This document shows, piece by piece, positions 18,057-27,455 of a stretch of 64,000 nucleotides of DNA. The position numbers and the translations under genes are program-made. The notes under the pieces are model-generated. The model saw only the letters and a list, made by a program, of their open reading frames with translations. It did no database searches and was not told the DNA's origin. Numbering within the stretch: position 1 is the first letter of the stretch; each line of letters begins with the position of its first letter. Source of the DNA: Planctomycetota bacterium (GTDB taxonomy: Bacteria > Planctomycetota > UBA1135 > GCA-002748355); contig JALUUL010000052.1 of the NCBI GenBank assembly GCA_027021385.1, positions 19,567 to 83,566 of the forward strand, in the 5' to 3' direction.

Positions 18057-18965
18057 TCAGGGGACGACCTCCTCCCTTAGGATCTCCTCGAGGGCCTGGT
18101 CGAGGGTCGGATACTCGAAATGGAATTCGATCTCCTGCAACCTCGCAGGTAGGACCCGCTGCCCGGTCAAGACGACCTCGGCCCCTTCTCCGAGGGCGAG
18201 CTTCAAGGCGAAACCTGGAGCCGGCAACCAAGACGGGCGGTTCAGATGCCTTCCAACGGCGGCGGCGAAATCCTTCATCCTCTCGGGCCTCGGCGCGGTC
18301 CCGTTGAAGGCTCCCGCGAGGTCCTCCCGATCGAGGAGACAGAGCAGGATCCGCGTCAGGTCCTTCCGGTGGATCCAGGACACCCATTGGCGCCCGTGAC
18401 CGAGCGGACCTCCCAGCCAGCGCCGGAACATCGGGATCATTCTCTCGAGCGCTCCGCCGCTGCGGTCGAGCACGACCCCGATCCTGCAAAGGCAGACCCT
18501 GACCCCCAAGATTTCGGCCTCCCTCGCCCTCGCCTCCCAATCCCGGCAGAGTTCGGAGAGGAAACCGGATCCCGGTTCGGATTCCTCGGTGAGGGCGACA
18601 TCGTCCACTCGCGGCCCGTACCACCCGACCGCGGAGGCGGAAACGAGGGTCCTCGGGCGCGTCGAGGCGGCCTCGAGCGCCTCGACGATCCTCCTCGTCC
18701 CCGCAAGACGGCTTTCACGGATCCGCGCCTTGTGTTCTTCGCTCCAGCGCCGCGCAAGGAGATTCTCGCCCGCAAGATGCACGACGGCCTCGAAACCGGA
18801 GAGGTCCAGTCCATCCCAGGACATCGTCCCCGCCAGCCCGCGGAAGGGAATGGGGAGGCTTTCCGGCCTCCGACTCAGGATCGTCACCGCGTCCCCCCGT
18901 TCGATCAGGGCCTCGACGAGAGAACGCCCCAGAAACCCGGTTCCGCCGCTGACCAAGACCTTCAT
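18057..18965 (-). CDS. TIGR01777/YfcH-type NAD-dependent epimerase-dehydratase family protein (with DUF1731-type C-terminus)
   Basis: MKVLVSGGTGFLGRSLV is a Rossmann N-terminus. The C-terminal pattern RVLPARLQEIEFHFEYPTLDQALEEIL is typical of this family. Confidence 0.85.
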   Translation of the reverse strand: MKVLVSGGTGFLGRSLVEALIERGDAVTILSRRPESLPIPFRGLAGTMSWDGLDLSGFEAVVHLAGENLLARRWSEEHKARIRESRLAGTRRIVEALEAASTRPRTLVSASAVGWYGPRVDDVALTEESEPGSGFLSELCRDWEARAREAEILGVRVCLCRIGVVLDRSGGALERMIPMFRRWLGGPLGHGRQWVSWIHRKDLTRILLCLLDREDLAGAFNGTAPRPERMKDFAAAVGRHLNRPSWLPAPGFALKLALGEGAEVVLTGQRVLPARLQEIEFHFEYPTLDQALEEILREEVVP

Positions 18966-19144
18966 CTCCGCCTCCTCACGTTCGACCCTCGCCGCGGGAT
19001 TCTATCCCCTCGGGGAGAGGAAGTCGTGGGGAGGCGCATCCAGGGGATTTCCTGGGGATCGGCGGGGATTCCGATAGAATCCGCGGAGCCTCCCGGCGGG
19101 AGCTGCCCGTTTCCCTTCCGGAAGGCGGAGAGGGAGACCGGCGC

Positions 19145-19504
19145 ATGAAGGAAGAGCCCGAGAACACGACGATCTTCGGGAAGATCCTCCGCGGAGAGAT
19201 TCCGGCGGAGGTCGTCCACGAGGACATCCACTGCCTGGCCTTCAAGGACATCCAGCCCGTCGCGCCCCAGCACATCCTGATCATCCCCAAGCGCCACATT
19301 CCGAGGTTGTCCGAGGCGACCGAGGAGCAGCGCACGATCCTCGGACATCTCCTCTTCGTCGCCGCGAAGATCGCCCGGGATCTAGGATTGGACCGGGAGG
19401 GCTTCCGGGTCGTCGTCAACGACGGCGAGCGTGCATGTCAGTCCGTCTTCCACCTCCACCTCCACCTGCTCGGCGGCAGGGACTTCAGCTGGCCGCCCGG
19501 TTGA
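19145..19504 (+). CDS. HIT-family (histidine triad) nucleotide-binding protein
   Basis: TIFGKILRGEIPAE at the N-terminus and the histidine triad HLHLHLLGG. Confidence 0.9.
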   Translation: MKEEPENTTIFGKILRGEIPAEVVHEDIHCLAFKDIQPVAPQHILIIPKRHIPRLSEATEEQRTILGHLLFVAAKIARDLGLDREGFRVVVNDGERACQSVFHLHLHLLGGRDFSWPPG

Positions 19505-19562
19505 ACGGTTCCCCCCATTTCCGGGAAGCGACCATTCGGTTCCGAATCGAAAAGGGATCGCG

Positions 19563-20144
19563 ATGCTGAATCTGCAGACGTATTTCGTCCGCGAACACGT
19601 CGGGATGTTCAAGCTCCACGAGGCCTACGACATCCTGGACCCTTCGACAGGAAACGTCATGGCCACCGCGGTGGAGGAGGCCTCCCCCCTCCGCAAGATG
19701 CTCAAGGTCTTCCTCGACAAGCGCATGCTGCCCTTCAGGATCGAGCTGAAAGACCCGCAGGAGAGGACCCTGCTGGTCATCGAGCGCGGATTCACCTTCC
19801 TCCGCTCGAGAGTCCGGGTCCTCGACGCCCAGGGCAACCTCCTCGGCACGTTCAAGCAACGCCTGCTCTCGATCGGAGGCCGTTTCGACATCCTCGACAA
19901 TCAGGACAATCCCGTCGCCCAACTCCGGGGCAACCTGATCGGCTGGGAGTTCCGCTTCCTCGACTCCGAGGACAACGAACTGGGCCAGATCACGAAGAAG
20001 TGGGCGGGCGTCGGAAAGGAACTCTTCACCTCAGCCGACAACTACGTCGTCAGCCTGGCCGAAGGAGTGGACCCGGAAGCCCTCGGCCCCCTGATGCTGG
20101 CGGCGGCTCTCTGCGTCGACATGGTCCTGAAAGAGGGGAAGTGA
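19563..20144 (+). CDS. Scramblase / LURP-one-related family protein
   Basis: A 12-stranded-barrel family pattern is visible by eye (FRFLDSEDNELGQITKKWAGVGKELFTSADNYVV) plus a C-terminal hydrophobic helix. The ATG at 19563 is preceded by AAAGGGA. The tracked start at 19431 overlaps the HIT gene. Confidence 0.7.
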   Translation: MLNLQTYFVREHVGMFKLHEAYDILDPSTGNVMATAVEEASPLRKMLKVFLDKRMLPFRIELKDPQERTLLVIERGFTFLRSRVRVLDAQGNLLGTFKQRLLSIGGRFDILDNQDNPVAQLRGNLIGWEFRFLDSEDNELGQITKKWAGVGKELFTSADNYVVSLAEGVDPEALGPLMLAAALCVDMVLKEGK

Positions 20145-20315
20145 CCCGGAACGTCCCTTCTCAGGCCTTCCAGGAAAGGAAGGGGTTCGGCGGCGCAATA
20201 GGGGTTCCGGATCGAAAAGAAGCCCTTCGAAACCAAGGCGGCGGGAACCCCTTATGGCAACGGAGGTAGGACCGGACTTTCCATCCACGATGTCCCTTCC
20301 GCCGAAAGGCGGAGC

Positions 20316-20573
20316 ATGGACTTCGCCGCCCTGGTCTGCATCGAACTCAGCCCGGATCGATACGTCGCCCGCTTCAGGTTCCGGAACGGGGAGGGAACCG
20401 CCTTCGGGTATCTGCCCCACGTGCCCGGCTTGAACCCCTATCTCCTCCAGGAGGGGGACGAAGTCGAGGCGTGCGTCCTGATGTACGGCGGCCGCCTCGA
20501 GGTCATCGCGGTCCGCGGACAGGGGGAGCGGCTGTCCGACCCCCACGATCCGGCCCCCGAACGGGTCCTTTGA
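20316..20573 (+). CDS. Hypothetical small protein (85 aa)
   Basis: ATG ORF with protein-like composition. No recognised motif. Confidence 0.35.
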   Translation: MDFAALVCIELSPDRYVARFRFRNGEGTAFGYLPHVPGLNPYLLQEGDEVEACVLMYGGRLEVIAVRGQGERLSDPHDPAPERVL

Positions 20574-20731
20574 GGCCCGGGAGTTCTCCACCCCCCCGCT
20601 CCCGGTCGGCACGCCCCCCTGACGAAAAGGGAGATCCTCCCTGGAGGTTCCGGAAACGGGAATCCCGCTTCCCGGTTTCGGGAGGGCGACGGCGCCCTCC
20701 CGGAATCATCGAATCCAAAGGGGGAACGAAT

Positions 20732-21145
20732 ATGCGCAGCATCATCATGTTTCTGGGGATCCTGGCCCTTCTCTGCGGTCGATCCGCGGCCCAGGTCCGG
20801 TTGACCGGCAGCATCGACGGGAACACCGTGCATTACAAGATCACGGGCCTGAAGGGAGGAGAGAGCTACAAGATCACGATCCAGCACGACCGGAAGAACG
20901 GTCAATCCTCGTCCTCGACCCGGAAGGCCGACAAGAACGGGACCGTCAAGGGAAGCGGCACCCCCGGCAACGACAAGATCAAGCCCGGGGATTCGGTCAC
21001 GGTTTCCGTCGAAGACTCGAAGGGCAGGCAGATCAAGAGCAAGAGCTTCGAGAAACCGGTCCCGAAGGAAGGGGAACAGAGCTTCCTCGATCTCATTCCC
21101 GTACTCGGCTGGCTCGTCCGGCTCGCGAAGGCCCTGGGCGTCTGA
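20732..21145 (+). CDS. Small secreted/anchored protein (137 aa)
   Basis: The signal peptide is MRSIIMFLGILALLCGRSAAQ. A Lys/Ser/Gly-rich beta-type body follows, then a hydrophobic C-terminus (LIPVLGWLVRLAKAL). GGGGGA lies about 6 nt upstream of the ATG. Confidence 0.55.
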   Translation: MRSIIMFLGILALLCGRSAAQVRLTGSIDGNTVHYKITGLKGGESYKITIQHDRKNGQSSSSTRKADKNGTVKGSGTPGNDKIKPGDSVTVSVEDSKGRQIKSKSFEKPVPKEGEQSFLDLIPVLGWLVRLAKALGV

Positions 21146-21157
21146 ACGGAGGCCGGA

Positions 21158-22876
21158 GTGCCGAGGATGGACGGGAAGACGATCCTTGTCCTTGCCTTGA
21201 TCGGCGCGGGTCTCGGCCTTCCCTTCTTTCCAGGAGGGAACGCGGGACCCGCCCCGGCCGATCCCCCTCTCCTCCGGGGCCGCGAACCCCTCCCCGACGA
21301 GCCCCGCGGGCAGCTCGGCGGGACTCCCGTCCTTCTCCGCCACGAGGCGAATACGGGGCGGAAGGGAGGAAGGCCCCTCCGCGGGCCGGGACGAACACGG
21401 GGAACGACCGTCGGGGAGCCCCTGCGGGTCCGTCTCCGGGAATCCACAGGAGCCTTCCCCCGGGAAGCGGTCCTCTTCCTCCTGGACGGCGGCGGCGCGG
21501 TCCTTCGCGGACCCGTCCGGGCGGATTCCGGAGGAGAGGTCTCCCTCAGCCTTCCACCGGCGGCGCGGAGGATCCGCGCCCTTGCGAGAGGATGCGAGGC
21601 GAAGACCTGGAGACTCCCGGCGCCACCTCGACCCCGTGTCCTCCTCCTCGTGCTGGAAAGGGCGCCTCTCCTCCTGCGGGCCCGGGTCTTCGACGCCGAA
21701 CGGCCGGGCGGGGGACTCCCCGGCCTTCTCTTCGAACTCCGGATCGGGGACGACTCGTTCCTCGGCCTCAGCGGGAAGGACGGAGCCCTTCGGATCCACG
21801 GACGTTCCGGACGGAAAGGGACGGGGCATTCCTTCCGCCTCGTCCTCGACGAACCCTCCTGGTGCCAGATGCTCCGGGACCGGAACCTCCCACGGATCCC
21901 CGTGGAGGAGACGCTGCCGGTCCCCCTTCTCCGGTGGTCCTCCCTGCGACTCGATCTGCGGGAACCGGACGGAGCCCCGGTCCGGAAAGGCGAGGTCTGG
22001 GTCTCCCTCGACCCCGGCCGCCTGCCGGGCCTCCCCCCCTCCGCCCGGATCGGGTTTCCGGAGAACGGTCTTCTCTTCCGCTTGCCGGGCCGCGTGCTCC
22101 ATCCCGTTCCGGCCGACGGTGTCGGATGGGCCCTCTTCGACCCCGAATCGAAGACGCGGAGGCTCGAGAGGATCCCCCCCGGGCTCCCCCTCCTCCTCCT
22201 CTTCCGGAGACCGGGGGAGGAACTCAGGCGACGACCCCTCCGACCTCTCCGGCCCGGAGAAACGGCGAAGCTGCGATGGACGCTCCCTGCCCGCCATCGA
22301 GAGTCCCCCCGCTTGACCTTTCTCGTCCTTGATGAAGGGGGAAGACCTCTGCCCGGAGCGCAAGTCTGGCGATTTCTCTCCGAAGAACGTGAAGGGGACC
22401 TCTTCCCGGCCGACCGGAATGGACGAATCGAAATCCCAGCGGGATCGGCCGGAGGGTCCCGTTCCGACGTGAGCTATTGCTTTCGGGCGGAGGGCCGCCT
22501 TCCCCGCGTCCTCCACCTCCACGGAGAGGAGACCGGGAAGCTCCTCCGGGTCCGCCTGCTCCCGAACCCCGCGGTCTCGACCTTTCGGATCCTCGCCCCG
22601 AGGAAATCCGACGGAAAGGATCCTCCCATCCTCCTCGAGGGGACCCGCCTGATCCTGAGGCCCTCGGCTCTACCCGGCGAGGCCTGGATCCCCGAACCTC
22701 CTCTGGTTCTCCTCCTCGATGCGGGCGGGAAGGCCCGCACGGCGGTCCTGGACCCGGGGAGGGAATACGAGGCGGTCTGGACGGACGGACGACGGAGTCA
22801 CCCGCTCGCTCGGATCCGCCCCGGACGCGGTGAACGGACCTTCCGGCTCCCCCGGCGGTTCAGCGCACCGCCATGA
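21158..22876 (+). CDS. Secreted hypothetical protein with repeated beta-sandwich-like (carboxypeptidase-regulatory-like) segments
   Basis: The GTG start has GGAGG 5 nt upstream. The N-terminus is hydrophobic (KTILVLALIGAGLGLPFF). Motifs of the type VLDEGGRPLPGAQVW...ADRNGRIEIP recur. The competing antisense ORF 20438..22522 is Arg/Pro/Gly/Glu low-complexity. Confidence 0.5.
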   Translation: MPRMDGKTILVLALIGAGLGLPFFPGGNAGPAPADPPLLRGREPLPDEPRGQLGGTPVLLRHEANTGRKGGRPLRGPGRTRGTTVGEPLRVRLRESTGAFPREAVLFLLDGGGAVLRGPVRADSGGEVSLSLPPAARRIRALARGCEAKTWRLPAPPRPRVLLLVLERAPLLLRARVFDAERPGGGLPGLLFELRIGDDSFLGLSGKDGALRIHGRSGRKGTGHSFRLVLDEPSWCQMLRDRNLPRIPVEETLPVPLLRWSSLRLDLREPDGAPVRKGEVWVSLDPGRLPGLPPSARIGFPENGLLFRLPGRVLHPVPADGVGWALFDPESKTRRLERIPPGLPLLLLFRRPGEELRRRPLRPLRPGETAKLRWTLPARHRESPRLTFLVLDEGGRPLPGAQVWRFLSEEREGDLFPADRNGRIEIPAGSAGGSRSDVSYCFRAEGRLPRVLHLHGEETGKLLRVRLLPNPAVSTFRILAPRKSDGKDPPILLEGTRLILRPSALPGEAWIPEPPLVLLLDAGGKARTAVLDPGREYEAVWTDGRRSHPLARIRPGRGERTFRLPRRFSAPP

Positions 22877-25800
22877 TGTTGAAGTACCGGGCCCCGGGAT
22901 GGTGAACGATGATCGCCGAGGTCGATTGCTCGGGTTCGAGCTGCCAGTCCTCGGTCAGCGAGACCCCGATCCGATCCGCCCCGAGCAAGGCCAGGATCTT
23001 CTCCTGGTCCTGGAGGTTCGGGCAGGCCGGATACCCGAAGGAATAACGGCTCCCGCGGTATCCCTGGCGGAAGAGCCCCTCAATCTCCAGGCTGTCCTCG
23101 TCCGCAATCCCGATCTGCTGGCGCATCCTCTTGTGCCAGTACTCGGCTAGGGCTTCGGCGGCCTCCACGGAGAGCCCATGGAAATGGAGATAGTCGTCGT
23201 ATCGATCGGCCTCGAAGAGGCGGCGGCTCGTCTCTCCCGCGACCTTTCCCATCGTGACGACCTGGAACCCAACGACATCCGTACGGCCCGAGGACTCGGG
23301 AAGGAAGAAGTCGGCGATGCACAGCCGCCGCCCCTTCGGTTGGCGGGGGAAGGAGAAACGAGCGATCTCGCAGCCGTTCGCGGGATTCAGAACCCTGAGA
23401 TCGTTCCGTTCCGACCAGCAAGGGAACCAACCATAGGAGACCCTGGGCTCGAGAAGGCCCTCCTCGAGCACTTTCCGCTTCCATTCCTCGAATTTTGGTT
23501 CGACCTCTTCACGGATCAGCGCCTCGTAATCCGCCTTGGTCGCCTTCCCCTTCCGGTATTGCCACTGGAAGCGGAACAGCACCTTCTTGTTGATGTAGGC
23601 AAGGATCGCGGGGAGATCGAGTTCTAGGGAATCGACGATCCGGGCCCCGAGGAACGGCGGCTCGGGAACCGCATCACAGGGGGAGACGTCCGTCGGCTCC
23701 GCGTATTCGTCGAAGGCGTGCTCCAAGCGTTTCTCGCGGTCGTAGCGCGTCTCGTGACGCACGACCTTCTTCGGAGTCTCCGCGGTCAGCATCCTCACGG
23801 GCGCGGCGCCGGTGATCTCGTCCATCAGGTGCAGGCCCGAGAATGCGTCCTTTCCGTAGAACACACACCGGTTCCCGTAGGCTTCACGTAGGTCTCCTTC
23901 CACGTAGGCGCGGCTCAAGGCCGCCCCCCCGCAGATCACGGGCGTCTTCCATCCTTTCTCGGCCATGACCTCGAGGTTCTCCTTCATGACGACCGTGGAT
24001 TTGACGAGGAGACCGCTCATGCCGATCGCATCCGCCTTGCACTCCTCCGCGGCCTTGAGGATGGATTCGAGGGGCTGCTTGATCCCGAGGTTCACGACGC
24101 GATACCCGTTGTTCGAGAGGATGATGTCCACGAGGTTCTTCCCGATGTCGTGTACATCGCCCCGCACGGTGGCGAGCACGATCGTCCCCTTGGTCGCGCC
24201 CTCGACCTTGGACATGAAACCCTCGAGGTAGGAGACGCAGGTCTTCATCGTCTCGGCGGATTGAAGCACGAAGGGGAGTTGCATCTCGCCGGACCCGAAG
24301 AGTTCACCGACCGTCCTCATCCCCTCGAGAAGGATCTCGTTGATGACGGCGACGGGTTTGCGGGTCTTCAGGGCCTCGTTGAGGTGCTTCTCGATGTCCT
24401 TCGCGTTCCCGTCGACGATGCGCCGCCTCAGCCTCTCCTCGACCGGAAGGGATTCCTCCTCCTCGCTTCCGGCGGAGGAAGCGACCTTTCGGCTTCCGAA
24501 TCGTTCGATGAATGCAAAGAGAGGATCGTAATCTTCCCTTCTGCGATCATAGATCAAATCGAGGGCGACCTCCCGATCCTCGTCCGATAGGGTGTGGACT
24601 GGAATGATCTTGGCCGCGTTCATGATCGCGGCGTCCAGCCCCCGGGCTCTCGCCTCCTGGAGAAAGACGGAGTTGAGAACCCTGCGGGCATAGGGTTTCA
24701 ATCCGAACGAGATGTTCGAGAGGCCGAGGAGGGTCCTCACTCCGGGGAGAGCCCTCTTGATCTCCTCGATCGCGGTCAGGGTCTGGATTCCCGCGTCCCG
24801 GCTGTCCTCGTCCCCGGAGGCGATCGTGAAGGTCAAGGGATCGAACAGGAGCACCTCCGAGGGGAGGCCGTGACGGCGGGTCGCGATGTCGTGGATCCGG
24901 ACCGCGATCTCGAGCTTTCGCTCCCAGGTCTTGGCCATGCCCTCCTCGTCGATCGTCAATGCGACGAGGACGGAACCGTGCTTCCTCGCGAGACGGCAGA
25001 TCTCGTCGGCTTTCCCCTCGCCGTCCTCGAGATTGATCGAGTTGATGATCGCCCTCCCCGGAACCGTCTCGAGAGCCGCAGCCAGGACGTCGAGCTGCGT
25101 CGTATCGATCATGATCGGGGACTGGACCCGGGTCACGAACCTCGAGAGGACCTCGCACATGTCCCGCTTCTCGTCGCGACCCACGAAGGCCGTGCACACG
25201 TCGAGGACGTGGGCACCCTCCCGGACCTGCTCCTTCGCGATTTCGACGAGCCCGTCCCAATCCTCGGCCAGCATCGTCTCGCGGAACTTCTTGGAGCCAT
25301 TCGCGTTCGTTCGTTCGCCGATGATCAGGGGGCCGGCCTCCTGGTCCAGGGGAACCGCCCCGTAGAGGCTCGCGATGGAGGGGGGATATCTTTCCGGCCG
25401 CGCGGCGGGGGCGAGATCGGCGACCGCCTCCACCAGGACCTTGGTGTGTTCGGGCGTCGTGCCGCAGCATCCCCCGACCGCCCCGACCCCGTAGTCCTCG
25501 ATGAAACGGCGGAGGTGCTCCGCGAGTTCTCCGGGCTTGAGGTCGTAGACCGTCCGCCCCCCGACGTTCCTCGGCAGGCCGGCATTCGGCATGGCGAGGA
25601 CCGTGCGGGTCGAATGCTCCCCGAAGGCGCGCACGTGTTCGCGCATGAGGTCGGGCCCCGTCGCGCAGTTCAGACCCACGATGTCAACCGGGAGAGATTC
25701 GAGCACGACCAGGGCGGCCGCGGCGTCCGAGCCGAGAAGCATCGTTCCGGTCGTCTCGATCGTGACCGAGACGAGGATCGGGACCTCCCGCCCGACGATG

Positions 25801-26378
25801 CTCATCGCCTCTTTGCACGCGGAGACCGCGCAACGGATCTGGAGGAGATCCTGGCAGGTCTCGATCTGCAGGATGTCCACCCCTCCTTCGAGGAGACCCC
25901 GGGCCTGCTCCTGGTAGAAGGCATGGAGATCGGCGAAACTCACGTGCCCCAGGGTCACGAGACGGGTCGTCGGCCCCATCGACCCAGCGACGAAACGCGG
26001 TTTCCCCGGGGTCGAGAACTCCAGCGCGGCCTTCTTCGCCAGTGCGGCCGCCTCGCAGTTCAGCTCGAGGGTCCTGTCTTCGAGGTCGTATTCGGCCAGC
26101 ACGAGGCTCGTCGCCCCGAAAGTATCGGTCTCGATGACATCGGCCCCGGCCTCGAGATACGCGCGATGCACTTCTTCGATCAGATCCGGACGGGTCTCGA
26201 CGAGGATCTCGTTGCAGCCCTCCCTGCCGTCGAAATCCTCCGGCCCGAGCCCGGCCTCCTGGATCATCGTTCCCATCGCCCCGTCCCAAACTAGGACCCG
26301 CGTCTTCAGGGCGGCGAGGATCGGGAACATCCCCGCCCGCTCGGCGGGACGGAAGGCACCGGCTTCCACCCTTGTCAT
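22860..26378 (-). CDS. metH: Cobalamin-dependent methionine synthase
   Basis: All modules are visible. These are the Hcy-binding module (GAMGTMIQ, GGCCGTTPEH), the pterin-binding module, the B12-binding module with DVHDIGKNLV and GMSGLL, and the AdoMet-activation domain (PACPNLQDQ). The ATG at 26378 overlaps the upstream stop (ATGA). Confidence 0.97.
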   Translation of the reverse strand: MTRVEAGAFRPAERAGMFPILAALKTRVLVWDGAMGTMIQEAGLGPEDFDGREGCNEILVETRPDLIEEVHRAYLEAGADVIETDTFGATSLVLAEYDLEDRTLELNCEAAALAKKAALEFSTPGKPRFVAGSMGPTTRLVTLGHVSFADLHAFYQEQARGLLEGGVDILQIETCQDLLQIRCAVSACKEAMSIVGREVPILVSVTIETTGTMLLGSDAAAALVVLESLPVDIVGLNCATGPDLMREHVRAFGEHSTRTVLAMPNAGLPRNVGGRTVYDLKPGELAEHLRRFIEDYGVGAVGGCCGTTPEHTKVLVEAVADLAPAARPERYPPSIASLYGAVPLDQEAGPLIIGERTNANGSKKFRETMLAEDWDGLVEIAKEQVREGAHVLDVCTAFVGRDEKRDMCEVLSRFVTRVQSPIMIDTTQLDVLAAALETVPGRAIINSINLEDGEGKADEICRLARKHGSVLVALTIDEEGMAKTWERKLEIAVRIHDIATRRHGLPSEVLLFDPLTFTIASGDEDSRDAGIQTLTAIEEIKRALPGVRTLLGLSNISFGLKPYARRVLNSVFLQEARARGLDAAIMNAAKIIPVHTLSDEDREVALDLIYDRRREDYDPLFAFIERFGSRKVASSAGSEEEESLPVEERLRRRIVDGNAKDIEKHLNEALKTRKPVAVINEILLEGMRTVGELFGSGEMQLPFVLQSAETMKTCVSYLEGFMSKVEGATKGTIVLATVRGDVHDIGKNLVDIILSNNGYRVVNLGIKQPLESILKAAEECKADAIGMSGLLVKSTVVMKENLEVMAEKGWKTPVICGGAALSRAYVEGDLREAYGNRCVFYGKDAFSGLHLMDEITGAAPVRMLTAETPKKVVRHETRYDREKRLEHAFDEYAEPTDVSPCDAVPEPPFLGARIVDSLELDLPAILAYINKKVLFRFQWQYRKGKATKADYEALIREEVEPKFEEWKRKVLEEGLLEPRVSYGWFPCWSERNDLRVLNPANGCEIARFSFPRQPKGRRLCIADFFLPESSGRTDVVGFQVVTMGKVAGETSRRLFEADRYDDYLHFHGLSVEAAEALAEYWHKRMRQQIGIADEDSLEIEGLFRQGYRGSRYSFGYPACPNLQDQEKILALLGADRIGVSLTEDWQLEPEQSTSAIIVHHPGARYFNIMAVR

Positions 26379-27313
26379 GACTTGACCCCAAGAGCGAGGA
26401 GTAGGGAGAGATGAGGAGCCTTGGGTTCGTGCCCGAGCCTCTCGACCGTGACCCCCGTCATCCCCGCGCCCTCCAGCCAGCGTTTCAGAGATCGTCTACC
26501 GAATCCCGGATGCATATGCCCGTACTCCTCGAGCATTCTTCGGTCTTCATGACGTTCCAGCGTGAGCACGACCGCGCGTCCTCCAAGCCGCAGGAGGCTG
26601 CAGCCCGCCCGGATCGCCGCACGGGGATCCTCCGCGTACTGGAGGCTCTGGAACCAGAGCACCGTATCCGCCTCCAGGTCTTCGAACGGAGGGGATTGCA
26701 TGTCCCCTTCGAGGAACTCTACATTCCGCCACGAACCCTCCCGAGCCCGTTCGCGCCCCCGCTCGACCATTCCCCGATGGGAATCGAGACATAGGAGCCG
26801 CTGGGAGGCGGGCGCAAGGAAGGGCAGGAGAGCCCCGTCCCCCGAACCCATGTCGACGCAGACCCCGAGATCGAGGAGCCGCCCGAGCCCCAAGGCGAGG
26901 GTGGACCAGGATCTTCCGGGGACCCATCTCCGGTCCAGGCTGCCTGCGGCCCGGTCCAGCCAGGTTCCCTCGCGCCTGGCGGCCAGCGTCCTCGCCAGCC
27001 GCTCCCGGTCCGCGGCGAGCCGCGGGTCCTTCTGAAGCCTTTCGTAGCTGAGTTCCCAGATCTTCCATCCGGAGGTCTCGATCGCGGATTCGGCGATCCT
27101 GTAATAGGACCTCGTTCCTTCCTTCCTGTCCTGGACGAAACCCGCCTCCTTCAGGCGGCCGAGTTGCGTCGAAATCGTGGATTGCCGTTGTTCGAGGACG
27201 GCGGCAAGCTCCCCCACGCTCAGTTCCTCCTCCTTCAGGAGCGCGAGGATCCTCAGACGGGTTCCGTCTCCGAGCAGCTTCATGCCCTCGGTCCAGGTCG
27301 GAAGATCATTCAT
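26375..27313 (-). CDS. ArsR-family wHTH fused to SAM-dependent methyltransferase-like domain (SahR-like regulator)
   Basis: The N-terminal sequence LLGDGTRLRILALLKEEELSVGELAAVLEQRQSTISTQLGRLKEAGFV is an ArsR/SmtB HTH. The C-terminal half has methyltransferase motif I (CVDMGSGDGALL). It is translationally coupled to metH. Confidence 0.8.
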   Translation of the reverse strand: MNDLPTWTEGMKLLGDGTRLRILALLKEEELSVGELAAVLEQRQSTISTQLGRLKEAGFVQDRKEGTRSYYRIAESAIETSGWKIWELSYERLQKDPRLAADRERLARTLAARREGTWLDRAAGSLDRRWVPGRSWSTLALGLGRLLDLGVCVDMGSGDGALLPFLAPASQRLLCLDSHRGMVERGRERAREGSWRNVEFLEGDMQSPPFEDLEADTVLWFQSLQYAEDPRAAIRAGCSLLRLGGRAVVLTLERHEDRRMLEEYGHMHPGFGRRSLKRWLEGAGMTGVTVERLGHEPKAPHLSLLLALGVKS

Positions 27314-27322
27314 CGTTCCATC

Positions 27323-27351
27323 TTGATAGACCGATAAAATAAATCGGTCAA
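27323..27351 (-). promoter_or_regulatory. Putative sigma70-type promoter with embedded 7-bp inverted repeat (candidate operator) for the regulator-metH operon
   Basis: The minus strand reads TTGACC-17 nt-TATCAA, then 9 nt, then the ATG at 27313. The repeat GACCGAT (27329-27335) / ATCGGTC (27343-27349) flanks AAAATAA. This is the most AT-rich patch I noticed in the window. Confidence 0.45.
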
Positions 27352-27455
27352 CCGCCCTCTTCCCCGAACCCGGGGCACACGCCGGATCGTATCCGGACGC
27401 GGCGCGACGAGATCAGGGACCCTCCCAAGCTCGGGAGGGGTCCACCCGGCCTCCC

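Noticed and set aside
20438-22522. 694-aa minus-strand ORF covering the 20.4-22.5 kb region.
   Set aside because: It is low-complexity (R/P/G/E) with no signal or motif. The plus strand gives products bearing an RBS and a signal peptide. The call remains only moderately confident.
24594-26294. 566-aa plus-strand ORF.
   Set aside because: It is antisense to metH, whose identity is beyond doubt.
27417-27443. GC-rich imperfect hairpin (GGACCCTCCC-AAGCTC-GGGAGGGGTCC) just downstream of the 869-aa gene.
   Set aside because: It could be a terminator for the minus-strand gene, but there is no U-tract on the relevant strand and the stem has a bulge. Not called.
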